NCBI GenBank assembly: GCA_045646945.1 | Contig: JAZRLS010000062.1 | Location: 26,618 to 90,617, forward strand | Direction: 5' to 3' | Source of the DNA: Eubacteriales bacterium | Lineage (GTDB): Bacteria; Bacillota; Clostridia; Oscillospirales; CAG-272 | Length of the DNA: 64,000 nt | In this document: positions 19,266 through 27,914 of the stretch, one piece after another | How positions within the stretch are numbered: position 1 is the stretch's first letter | Layout: each line of letters opens with the position of its first letter | The notes under the pieces: model-generated | Seen by the model: the letters and a program-made list of their open reading frames with translations, nothing else | Database searches by the model: none | Told to the model about the DNA's origin: nothing | Position numbers and translations under genes: made by a program

Positions 19266-20129
19266 TTACTGTTTTTCCGCCACCAAGCCCGTCAAGCGTT
19301 CTACGGTTGCAAGCTCGTAGCACGGGAAATAAATTCCGTACCGTTGACCTTCCCGTTCGATCTCCAAAATATAATACGGTTTAAAAAACACACATCCCGC
19401 ATTGTTTACAGTCATTTTATACGGCTTGAAGCTTCCTTTTCGAGGATCCTCTTCTTTGTTCCACGAGGGAACAGAAATTCGCTTATTCACCGTCGTAATG
19501 GCTTTGATATCGGATTTTGCGAAAGAATACACGTTTTCCACGTCAGCAAAACGTATTTCCTCTTCGGTCGCATACATTTTGAGTTCCACGTTGAAATACG
19601 GCGTGGGTTGCAGTCCGACCCATTGCGGAATGATCTTTCCGTTTTTTATTTTATATCGAAATCCCAACGTATCCACGTCTACGGTGTCTTCAGGAACTCC
19701 CAATTCCTTGTGAATTGAAGCGATATCGGTAAGAATTTCACTCACCTGCTCGTCGGCATTCTCTTCCTTGAGTACCCTTTTCTCTTTGATTTTAGAGGAA
19801 AATTGCAAAATTGCCCAAAGAATTCCGCCAAGAAAGCCGGTAAGCACCAACAGCGGGGCGTTGCGCAAAGCGGTACCAAACCCCGCCTTGATACAAGAAG
19901 AAGCTATGATCAAAAAATATAGCCCGCTTAAATATTTCAGAATTTGAAGCCACCACGGATGCTCGCTTTTTTCAATCGTTTCCTCCAGCAGTTCGGTTTT
20001 ATTTTCATATTCTTCTGATTTTTTCTGCGACACGGTACGAGTAATGAATTCTCTCCCGTTGAAATTCTCATTCTTTTTGTCAAATGTCGTATCGACACAA
20101 AAAATCGGTTTCATTTCTTGTCCTTGCAT
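19266..20129 (-). CDS. Hypothetical membrane protein
   Basis: Two central TM helices (LSGLYFLIIASSCI, LVLTGFLGGILWAILQF). Confidence 0.4.
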   Translation of the reverse strand: MQGQEMKPIFCVDTTFDKKNENFNGREFITRTVSQKKSEEYENKTELLEETIEKSEHPWWLQILKYLSGLYFLIIASSCIKAGFGTALRNAPLLVLTGFLGGILWAILQFSSKIKEKRVLKEENADEQVSEILTDIASIHKELGVPEDTVDVDTLGFRYKIKNGKIIPQWVGLQPTPYFNVELKMYATEEEIRFADVENVYSFAKSDIKAITTVNKRISVPSWNKEEDPRKGSFKPYKMTVNNAGCVFFKPYYILEIEREGQRYGIYFPCYELATVERLTGLVAEKQ

Positions 20130-20221
20130 CGTCTTAAAAGCTCCTTTTCTTAGATAATAAAATTATATCATAAAAAAAGAAAAACCGCAAGTTCTTTTTA
20201 TTTGGGCGTGCGATTTTGAAA

Positions 20222-20256
20222 AAGGAAGAGACAGACCAATCGTCTGTCTCTTCCTT
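20222..20256 (-). terminator. Rho-independent terminator
   Basis: 15-bp stem AAGGAAGAGACAGAC/GTCTGTCTCTTCCTT with a T-run on the minus strand. Confidence 0.65.
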
Positions 20257-20288
20257 GGTTTATCCCCGACATCGTTATGTAAGCAATG

Positions 20289-20774
20289 TTAGAAAGCCAT
20301 CGTCAGTATCAGCGCAATTGCCAAAATATACGCAACAACAATCGTAATAATAAAGGTCGCGATTCCAATCGCAAGCTTCGAGACGAGGGTTTTTGATTTT
20401 TTCATAAAAAGCAGGGAGAGCACCAAACCAAGACCACCCAACGCACCGCCAATCGCTCCGCCAACCACAGGGAAAATAGAGCAAAGCGCCACATTGTTTC
20501 CCCAAACTAACAAAAAAACAAACGGAAGAATCGCAAGAACAAATTCATACCATTTGGTCTTGGGCGATACTTCAATGGTCTCGCCTTCCATCAAGAGACT
20601 AACGCCCGTCAACTCGCTTCCCTTGATCACGGCTTGTTTTCCATCGATCAAAAACACCTTTTTGGAAACCTTTTGTGCAGGAACTCCGTTAACCGTTAAG
20701 GTTTTTTTGCCGCTCCAAGCACTTTCGTTGTAAACAATTTCTCCATAAACAGGATGTTGAAGAGTTTCTTTCAT
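20289..20774 (-). CDS. Hypothetical membrane protein
   Basis: Soluble N-terminal ~70 aa followed by 3 TM helices. Confidence 0.4.
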   Translation of the reverse strand: MKETLQHPVYGEIVYNESAWSGKKTLTVNGVPAQKVSKKVFLIDGKQAVIKGSELTGVSLLMEGETIEVSPKTKWYEFVLAILPFVFLLVWGNNVALCSIFPVVGGAIGGALGGLGLVLSLLFMKKSKTLVSKLAIGIATFIITIVVAYILAIALILTMAF

Positions 20775-20914
20775 AGTTTTTCCTCTTTTCGTAATGAATA
20801 ATCTAATTATGAAATTGCAATTTTTTAGGCATTGTCAATCGTACCTTAACACATCAATAATCTATTGGATTATAGTATTTGGATTCTATGTAGAGCCCAT
20901 ATTCTTCTTGCTTT

Positions 20915-21352
20915 TTATCTGCCCTTGATAAATCCTGCACGATATTTGAAATTCTCATACGGATTTGTCATAATAGACATCCGTTCCTGATCAAAACGAA
21001 GATCAGGATTGATGTATTCCTTTTTCATTTCAATACAAAACAGGTTGTCAAAACCAGTTTCGGGATCGTATCCTCTTTTATGTACAATTAAATCTACAAC
21101 AATTTTTTTGCCGTACAAAAGCTTTGAAGCATTATTCTTTCCGTCATATCCTCTATTATACTCAACATCAACAACGTAATCTTCAAATGGAGAACCAACA
21201 AGAGCTCTTTCTAAGTATGAGGCAAACTTGGAACAAATACACCGCTCGCTTAAATCATTCTCAATCAAATATTGTTCCGAACGGTTAAAGCTTGTAATAG
21301 CTGTGTTGAGCACACGCAATATGTTTTCTTGTGTCCGTGTTAATTTTGGCAT
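20915..21352 (-). CDS. Hypothetical protein with a possible PD-(D/E)xK nuclease-like motif
   Basis: AT-rich gene. Start taken at ATG 21352 (MPKLTRTQ), because the longer ORF runs through the tRNA remnant and terminator. Motif string E(R)...DVEYNR...VDLIVHKRG...CIEMKK. Confidence 0.35.
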   Translation of the reverse strand: MPKLTRTQENILRVLNTAITSFNRSEQYLIENDLSERCICSKFASYLERALVGSPFEDYVVDVEYNRGYDGKNNASKLLYGKKIVVDLIVHKRGYDPETGFDNLFCIEMKKEYINPDLRFDQERMSIMTNPYENFKYRAGFIKGR

Positions 21353-21373
21353 AATGTACTTCTTATACGAAAC

Positions 21374-21401
21374 AAGTCCACAACAGTGATGTTGTGGACT
21401 T
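21374..21401 (-). terminator. Hairpin following the distal tRNA-3' repeat (probable original tRNA-Ser terminator)
   Basis: AAGTCCACAAC/GTTGTGGACTT 11-bp stem, immediately downstream (minus strand) of the 23-bp repeat. Confidence 0.5.
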
Positions 21402-21404
21402 GAA

Positions 21405-21427
21405 TGGCGGAGAAGGAGAGATTTGAA
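21405..21427. repeat. Island-distal att direct repeat (copy of the tRNA-Ser 3' end)
   Basis: TGGCGGAGAAGGAGAGATTTGAA, identical to 39001-39023. Confidence 0.85.
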
Positions 21428-21543
21428 TTTGAAGTGGATCAATTTTATGTGTTTCAAATCGTCTCATTTGTGTCCGTAAATTAAGCAATCAACATTTACG
21501 GATACTTATTTGTTCCATTTGTTTCATAAAGTGAAAACATGTT

Positions 21544-21564
21544 AAGGGTAAAAATAAGGGTCAA
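21544..21564. repeat. Paired AAGGGT(A/C)AA repeats, candidate integrase arm-type sites (left end)
   Basis: AAGGGTAAA at 21544 and AAGGGTCAA at 21556, 12-bp period. The same motif pair occurs at 38903/38915. Confidence 0.4.
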
Positions 21565-21599
21565 AATTTTTCATAAGACAGATGTTTTTATAATATACC

Positions 21600-21628
21600 T
21601 TGATAAATTGCATCAAATGATGTATAAT
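21600..21628 (+). promoter_or_regulatory. Sigma-A type promoter for the ApeA-like gene
   Basis: TTGATA-17 nt-TATAAT. Confidence 0.5.
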
Positions 21629-21667
21629 TAATCTAAACACTTACTTTATGATTGAGAGGTGAAAAAC

Positions 21668-23089
21668 GTGGAAAAGCCTGAGAGACTAATAGGATATGTG
21701 GAATATGAAAGCACAAACTTTCCTTTTGAATTTCACGAGGATTCTTTTACTATTACTCTTTTCCCTCCAACACTTGAAATCTGGGAAGAAGCTACATCCA
21801 TAAATAATATTTTTTCCAGAATAAACAGTAATAACAAAGAGCATAAATGGATAGGCTCTAAAGAGTTAACTGGAATCACCGCTAAAGGTCGAAAAATCGT
21901 ATTTGGAATTCAAGATCTGCGATCTAATTATAACGGATTTCATAGCTATCCTGTAAACTGGTATTTTTATTGTTCTCAAGAATTAGATTTAGATGCCATC
22001 GATGGATTTAAACTTGTTGGTAGAGAAATAGAGTATTTCTTTCCGCCCAATCAAGTGTTAAATCAAAGTATAAACTTTGACAAGGAAACAGGAGTTGTCA
22101 AAGAAATATCAGTAAATTCAACCGAGGAAATTACAGAAAGCTGCGGTAAGTATCGTATTATTCCTCATGTCGATGCCTCAATTGAAGTTTCGGCATATGG
22201 CATAGCTAACATCAATAATGATTTACCTCCACTCACCTCTAAAAGTATTATGACGACTACGTTTTCTGCTCCTGTTTCGCTACATACATTACTCGAGGCA
22301 TTTCATTACTCTGTCTGTTTCTTGCAGTATATTACATACAGAAAAAACATAGACCTTGATTCAATAGAGGTTTTCAAATTAGATGAAAAAGGGCTTCGAA
22401 ATTATTTGGGCATATTAGTCTTTGAAAAAAGCAATAGTACGGAAGCTCATCCAAAAGCTAATGAGCGAATTATCGATTTTTCGCTATTGAAACATCGAAC
22501 GGCAAAGCTGTATACTCTGATTAAAAATAGAAAACTGGCGTTTCAACATTTATGTGATTCAATTGACGATCGTCGCCACTATCCTCCGAGTAGAATTATT
22601 ATGATTCTTTCGTCCTTTGAAAGAGAATTTAGAAACATTTATGGACAAAACAGCGAACGCTCTGAGATATATCTAAACGTGCAGAATGACATTGTGTCTT
22701 TAATTGATAACTATATTGTCCAAAAACACGGCAAAGCGAGAAACTATGCTAAGCAATTCAAAAAATATGTAGAAAACAGAGATAGTAGTTTTGAATCTAA
22801 TTTAAAAAAGGCGTTATTAGATTGCAAGGATGTTATGCTTCCGTTTATTCGAAGAAAATATGTCAACAATTATGAAGAAGCAGTTGATGGTATTAGTGAA
22901 AGAATGGGAACTGTACGAAACGGGATTGCCCACAGCCGCTTAGATTTCAAAATCGATGCTATACACTTAAGTGATCTCAGAATTGTTCAGGAGCTTCTGT
23001 ATGTCATTAGATTAAAGAACATGCACCTTTCAACGAAAGAAATACAGAAGGCAATCAATAAATTATTTGGTGAAAACTTTGCAATATAA
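21668..23089 (+). CDS. ApeA-like protein with C-terminal HEPN domain
   Basis: C-terminal RNxxxH motif (GTVRNGIAHSRLDF) in a helical domain. ~300-aa beta-rich N-terminal domain. GTG 21668 is preferred (RBS GAGAGG) over 21659. Confidence 0.45.
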   Translation: MEKPERLIGYVEYESTNFPFEFHEDSFTITLFPPTLEIWEEATSINNIFSRINSNNKEHKWIGSKELTGITAKGRKIVFGIQDLRSNYNGFHSYPVNWYFYCSQELDLDAIDGFKLVGREIEYFFPPNQVLNQSINFDKETGVVKEISVNSTEEITESCGKYRIIPHVDASIEVSAYGIANINNDLPPLTSKSIMTTTFSAPVSLHTLLEAFHYSVCFLQYITYRKNIDLDSIEVFKLDEKGLRNYLGILVFEKSNSTEAHPKANERIIDFSLLKHRTAKLYTLIKNRKLAFQHLCDSIDDRRHYPPSRIIMILSSFEREFRNIYGQNSERSEIYLNVQNDIVSLIDNYIVQKHGKARNYAKQFKKYVENRDSSFESNLKKALLDCKDVMLPFIRRKYVNNYEEAVDGISERMGTVRNGIAHSRLDFKIDAIHLSDLRIVQELLYVIRLKNMHLSTKEIQKAINKLFGENFAI

Positions 23090-23092
23090 AAG

Positions 23093-23119
23093 GAACAGGT
23101 CGGTAATTCCGACCTGTTC
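23093..23119. terminator. Bidirectional terminator between convergent genes
   Basis: GAACAGGTCGG-taatt-CCGACCTGTTC, perfect 11-bp stem. Confidence 0.65.
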
Positions 23120-23127
23120 TAATTGTT

Positions 23128-24300
23128 TTATATGATCTTCTTAATGTATTCTTCCATCCTCCTTGCACTATCATCCTTCATCTTATCTGTAACATGTCCA
23201 TATACGTCCAACGTAAATGCGGCTGAATGGTGACCGAGATTTTCTTGGACAGTTTTTACATCATCACCGTTCTGAATAGAAGTAACGGCAAAGCTATGTC
23301 GCAAATCGTGAAACCGCTCCTCCGGCATACCTATTTGTGCAACGATGCGTTTGAAATGCTTTCGAATAGTTGTATGGGTCAAATGCCCTCCAGTTGCATT
23401 TTCAAACACGAGATTGGGAATATCCTCATTCCATAAATCATGCGCTGCCAAACGTTCCAATTCTTGTTCTACTTTACGCTTGCGTAGTAAATCCATTACG
23501 GTAGGAGCAACGTGAATTAAGCGAGTTTTATCATTTTTCAAAGAAGTCAGATAATACTTTCCTCCCGCAACCTTTTCGCGCTGTAGCTGATGCTTTACCA
23601 TAATTGTGTTATTATTAAAATCTACACAATCCCAAGTCAATCCTAATATTTCCCCCTGTCGCAAACCCGTAAACAGATCGATCAAGAATACAGCTTCATA
23701 CTTCGTACCCGAAGCTACATTTAAAAATTCTGCTATTTTTCCATCATCCAACGGTTTAATGTCTGGACGAGTAATTCGAGGCAAGGTGCAGTGATCTGCG
23801 GGATTAGATCGAATATATCCAACAATCACCGCTTGCAGCAAAGCCCGATGTAACACCCCATGAATATTCTTAACTGTTTTAGCTGCTAATGCTTTTTTGC
23901 CCTTTTCTTCACGGCTAAGCCCATTGATAAACCTTTGAACCATAGGAGGTGTTAAATCGGTGAGCTTAACCGCTCCAAGGGCGGGAATGATATGTAATCG
24001 TACACGGTCTTCATATGCTTTCTGCGTAAATGGTTTTACATTACCTGTATATTCTTCAAGCCATATTTGAAGCCATGCTCCAAGCGTTAATTTTAACGGT
24101 TTTGTATAAGAGCCGTTGTCAATTTCAACGGTGATTTGATTTAGCTTTTGACGTACTTCCTTCTGTGTCTTTCCGTAGACACTACGTTGTATTTGTTTTC
24201 CTGTGCCCGGATTAAAACCGGCACTATAACGACCTTCCCAACGACCGTCGGGACGTTGTCTAATGCTACCCGACCCATTTGCTGCATGACGTTTTGCCAT
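23128..24300 (-). CDS. int: Tyrosine-type site-specific integrase
   Basis: Arm-binding-type N-terminus (GSIRQRPDGRWEGRY). Catalytic motifs GLRQGE, HDLRHSFA, LGHHSAAFTLDVYGH. Confidence 0.9.
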   Translation of the reverse strand: MAKRHAANGSGSIRQRPDGRWEGRYSAGFNPGTGKQIQRSVYGKTQKEVRQKLNQITVEIDNGSYTKPLKLTLGAWLQIWLEEYTGNVKPFTQKAYEDRVRLHIIPALGAVKLTDLTPPMVQRFINGLSREEKGKKALAAKTVKNIHGVLHRALLQAVIVGYIRSNPADHCTLPRITRPDIKPLDDGKIAEFLNVASGTKYEAVFLIDLFTGLRQGEILGLTWDCVDFNNNTIMVKHQLQREKVAGGKYYLTSLKNDKTRLIHVAPTVMDLLRKRKVEQELERLAAHDLWNEDIPNLVFENATGGHLTHTTIRKHFKRIVAQIGMPEERFHDLRHSFAVTSIQNGDDVKTVQENLGHHSAAFTLDVYGHVTDKMKDDSARRMEEYIKKII

Positions 24301-24463
24301 ACGGTTTCCTCCTTTTTGTAAGTTGTTTTATTTTGAAAGGCAATAGATTCCTTTGAGATATATCACGAATAGAATATATCGGCTTGGTTTCAAAGAAATC
24401 TATTACCTGTTTTATTCAATATATCTTTGAAGAGCAAATAATAGAATAGCTCTTAAACCGAGG

Positions 24464-24688
24464 TTAATTTATCTCGGTATTATTTTCGATCCATTCAATG
24501 AACCGATCTCTGGGTATATATATTCTGCCCTCAATTGAAATTGTGGGAACTCCTTCTCTGTGAACTAATCTATAAAAAGCAGATCGAGATATGCCGATCG
24601 CCGCTATGTCCTTTACACTCAGCAATGCTGGGAGCGGTAAAGGGGTTACCATGATATTGAGTGAATTTGTTGTTATTGTATTATCCAT
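24464..24688 (-). CDS. xis: Excisionase-family HTH DNA-binding protein
   Basis: LSVKDIAAIGISRSAFYRLVHREGVPTISIEGRIYIPRDRFIEWI matches the excisionase/MerR-type winged HTH pattern. Lies directly upstream of int. Confidence 0.6.
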   Translation of the reverse strand: MDNTITTNSLNIMVTPLPLPALLSVKDIAAIGISRSAFYRLVHREGVPTISIEGRIYIPRDRFIEWIENNTEIN

Positions 24689-24815
24689 TTGTAGCCTCCG
24701 AAAGGGTTATTTTGAACTTTACAATAATGTCATTGCCTACATGGCTAATAATTGCTTATTAACGGTAAGGAATACACTTGATTATTGCAATGTAGCTTGG
24801 TTTACTTTAAATTAA

Positions 24816-26510
24816 TTAGATATTTAATAACTCTCTATATTTGTTAGAAATCCGTATACCCTTATAGGCTTCTTTGGGATTTCCTTTGGAAATCTTATTT
24901 CCTCGCTCATCAATGCGAACACGGGAGCGCTCAATACCTTTTAGGGTTAAAAACTTTGTTATATCTCCTTTCTTTTTATCCTCGATTTCATTCATAGCGC
25001 AAAAGCTGCTGAAAGCTACTCTTACATTTTTTGATGACTCATAACAATCCTCATTGCATTTCAAGCATTGTTCAAAGAATACTTCTTCGGGACAATATAA
25101 GACCTTTCCCTTCGTGTTGGCATCTGAGGATACTTTACATGTAGGGAATTTCCGTCCTTCAGAGATATATTCTGTTAATCCATCCATAGCCCATGTGAAG
25201 ATTCCATCCCTCTCGTTCCAAAGTTTATCGACGAGCTGGGGATCTTTGTCTTTTTCTGGAGTGGACGGGTTTAAAAACGGGATGTAAATCAATCTGCTAA
25301 AAATAGCATTTACATCTTCTTGCGACAGATCTGACGGAAGAAGCAGTTTGTGGTTCGTGCAAAAAATCATTTTTACGCCGCCTGAAATGGTTTTAGGATC
25401 ACTATGACGCGACGACGCAACCACTGTATCATTGCTTGATACCAAATTTTTGAAGTGCCCGGGATCTCCAAGCGGTGTATTTGAAACATCCGTTGCAATA
25501 TTTAACCACGCATTGTCCAATTGCACCACATAACTTGGTTTTGACATGTTTGAAAAATCATTATGCTTTACCAAACCGTCGGGGAAGAAAAGCTCTATAA
25601 TTAAACATAAGATAGTCTTTCCCGTATCGGTATCACCCAAGAAAACGAATGCTTTTTTGGCATCCTTGTAAAAGCTGAAAATGTAACCGAGCATTACTTG
25701 GATTAATTTTTTAAGTTTCTTATTTCCTTGGGTAATGTTGTCCACAAACGCATGGAACATTTCGCAAGATGCATCAGGATTGTAACATGCTTGAATACAA
25801 CAATTAAATCTATAATCGGGAGAGTGCTTTAATAATATATTATTTTTTGCATCAAATACCCCATTCAAGCAATTTACCAAAGCACCGTTTTTATAAAATG
25901 GTTCATCTGTATACAATCTTGCATCTGTAAATAGTAGCTTATATGCTTCGTGATAGTCTGAAGTTTTGATTCTTAATTTAGCATCGGAAGAAAGCCCCAT
26001 ATCACAAAGCACCGAAAATTGTTGTTCTGTAAGCTGTTCATATGAACCACTTAGATCGTTGTAATTGTATAGACAATCTTTTACAATGACAAGCGATTGG
26101 CTATTAATTTTCAATTCTGCCAGCAAATTCGGACGGCGTTCGGGTTCTTCTTTCACGGTCTTTTCAAACTTTTCTCTCGCGGCGCGAGCTTTCTTTCTTT
26201 TCTTTTTATCGATCTTCTTTTTCTCTTTATCCCTTGAATGCTTCGATACATATGTACTATATGCGGGCTTTGCTAACGGGGAATAAGAATTAATATCATT
26301 AAGCGCCCGAAGAATATCGGATCGCTCCTGCTCGGAAAACGATCTTCCAAGAATAAGGCGGTGATTATCAATTACAATAATACCGTCTATTACCTTTGCA
26401 CCTCTACAGTACAAATCTTTTATTTTGTCTTGCACTTTCGGTGCATAAGGATTGAGGATATTATTTATGTCATTATTATAAAACAAATCAGAATTAGATA
26501 TGGAAATCAT
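24816..26510 (-). CDS. P4/D5-family primase-helicase-like protein (SF3 helicase)
   Basis: Walker A FLGDTDTGKT and D5_N-like region upstream. ATG 26510 with RBS GGGGGAAA. No primase catalytic domain recognised by eye. Confidence 0.65.
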   Translation of the reverse strand: MISISNSDLFYNNDINNILNPYAPKVQDKIKDLYCRGAKVIDGIIVIDNHRLILGRSFSEQERSDILRALNDINSYSPLAKPAYSTYVSKHSRDKEKKKIDKKKRKKARAAREKFEKTVKEEPERRPNLLAELKINSQSLVIVKDCLYNYNDLSGSYEQLTEQQFSVLCDMGLSSDAKLRIKTSDYHEAYKLLFTDARLYTDEPFYKNGALVNCLNGVFDAKNNILLKHSPDYRFNCCIQACYNPDASCEMFHAFVDNITQGNKKLKKLIQVMLGYIFSFYKDAKKAFVFLGDTDTGKTILCLIIELFFPDGLVKHNDFSNMSKPSYVVQLDNAWLNIATDVSNTPLGDPGHFKNLVSSNDTVVASSRHSDPKTISGGVKMIFCTNHKLLLPSDLSQEDVNAIFSRLIYIPFLNPSTPEKDKDPQLVDKLWNERDGIFTWAMDGLTEYISEGRKFPTCKVSSDANTKGKVLYCPEEVFFEQCLKCNEDCYESSKNVRVAFSSFCAMNEIEDKKKGDITKFLTLKGIERSRVRIDERGNKISKGNPKEAYKGIRISNKYRELLNI

Positions 26511-26727
26511 ATTGTTTCCCCCAAACAAAAAATCTCGTACCCATTACCGCTAAGGATAATTCGTACGAGAGGAATTCCGTATTTATTATTATGAACCGCG
26601 GCAATGGCTTTTATAGATTAAAATAATTAATATAATAAATTATAAATTACTGATTGATTCTCTAATTTAATATTTGTGAATTAGAAAATAATCATTTTAA
26701 TCAACAAAACCACTGGAGCGTGGGATT

Positions 26728-26756
26728 GTTTATTGATAAATATTAAATCAATAAAC
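26728..26756. repeat. Perfect 10-bp inverted repeat in AT-rich non-coding region
   Basis: GTTTATTGAT-9 nt-ATCAATAAAC. Confidence 0.6.
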
Positions 26757-26958
26757 GCAGGTGCGTTTGTTAGCCGTTCGGCTACCTCTATCCTCCTTTA
26801 AATTGGATTTTATAAAGAAAATCATAAAATGAATTTTCCTTGTGCTTCTAACATGTATTAGTGAAATAATTGTTTGTCTCGAATTGAAATATAACAACTA
26901 TTTTCTTAGCACAGTTTTATTATACCATATTTTTCCCAAAAAATCAATCCCTTTTAGA

Positions 26959-27003
26959 TCTTTTTTTGAACTAAAATTGTAGTGTCTTTTTTTGAGCTAA
27001 AAT
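26959..27003. repeat. Two 19-bp direct repeats (iteron- or recombinase-site-like)
   Basis: TCTTTTTTTGAACTAAAAT and TCTTTTTTTGAGCTAAAAT, 26-bp period, 1 mismatch. Confidence 0.6.
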
Positions 27004-27171
27004 CGCACCAATTCCACTAATTAGATTATTTCATTAAAATAGATTAGTTATTAATCGTGTTTATATAATTCATTGTGTCAAAATAAAACCAAATTGGATA
27101 TTTAAGTTGTTAAATCATTATTTTTATGCACGACAGTTGAAAAGCAGACACAAATGACACATAAATAATAC

Positions 27172-27780
27172 CTAATTTTGAATTTGTAAATTAGTTAATT
27201 TATAAAATACCGTCTTTTTCATTCCCAAGCGTGTCATAGCTTCTTTGGCGGTGATTGTTCCGTTTTTCCATTCCGCATAGACTTCATCCCAATTGGCGGG
27301 CTTTTCGATACGTGGGCGACCGAGGTGTTTGCCCTGTGTCTTAGCAGCCTCGATGCCTTCTTGCTGTCGTTGACGGATGGTAAGGCGTTCCTGCTCGGCA
27401 ATCGTGCCGAGGACTTCTATCAGAATATTATTTACCATATCGAACACCCATTCTTGCCCCTTGGGGAGATCCATCATGGTTGTCGGCAGATCGATGACCT
27501 TTAGGTGGATATTGTGCTCCTTGAAATATTGCAGCTCGTTGTGGATATCTGTTTTATTACGGCTCAGACGGTCAAGGGATTTAATAATAAGCGTATCACC
27601 GCTACGGAGCATTGTGTTTTTCAATGCTTGATAGCCGCTACGTCCCAAGCTCTTGCCGCTCTCCTTATCCGTGATAATATCCCTCTCGTCTGCGCCGAGC
27701 TTACGGAAAGCTTCAAGCTGACGGTCAAGGTGCTGCTCTTTGCTTGAAACACGAGCATAATAGAAAACTTTATTTTGCAT
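27172..27780 (-). CDS. Small serine recombinase (resolvase/invertase family)
   Basis: YYARVSSKEQHLDRQ catalytic Ser, IKSLDRLSRN, C-terminal HTH. ATG 27780 with RBS GGAGG. Confidence 0.85.
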   Translation of the reverse strand: MQNKVFYYARVSSKEQHLDRQLEAFRKLGADERDIITDKESGKSLGRSGYQALKNTMLRSGDTLIIKSLDRLSRNKTDIHNELQYFKEHNIHLKVIDLPTTMMDLPKGQEWVFDMVNNILIEVLGTIAEQERLTIRQRQQEGIEAAKTQGKHLGRPRIEKPANWDEVYAEWKNGTITAKEAMTRLGMKKTVFYKLTNLQIQN

Positions 27781-27803
27781 ATAACCTCCAAAAAAAGAAA
27801 ACA

Positions 27804-27831
27804 CCCGTAACGGCTCTGTGACCGTTACGGG
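27804..27831 (-). terminator. Rho-independent terminator after the FrhB-like gene
   Basis: CCCGTAACGG/CCGTTACGGG 10-bp stem followed by TGTTTTCTTTTTTT on the minus strand. Confidence 0.7.
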
Positions 27832-27914
27832 CTGAATTGTCCCATCAACCACTAGCAGTGCTGGTGGCACCAAAAAACTTTAGCTATGCGTAGAAAAAAC
27901 ACCTCCTTGTTCGT

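Noticed and set aside
21353-21457. N-terminal 35-aa extension of ORF 20915-21457
   Set aside because: The extension reads through the tRNA-Ser 3' remnant (att repeat) and its terminator hairpin. The internal ATG at 21352 gives a sensible start.
26760-26800. Strong Shine-Dalgarno-like AAAGGAGGA on the minus strand with an adjacent small hairpin
   Set aside because: No ATG, GTG or TTG lies within 15 nt downstream, so no CDS can be called. It is kept only as part of the non-coding-region finding.
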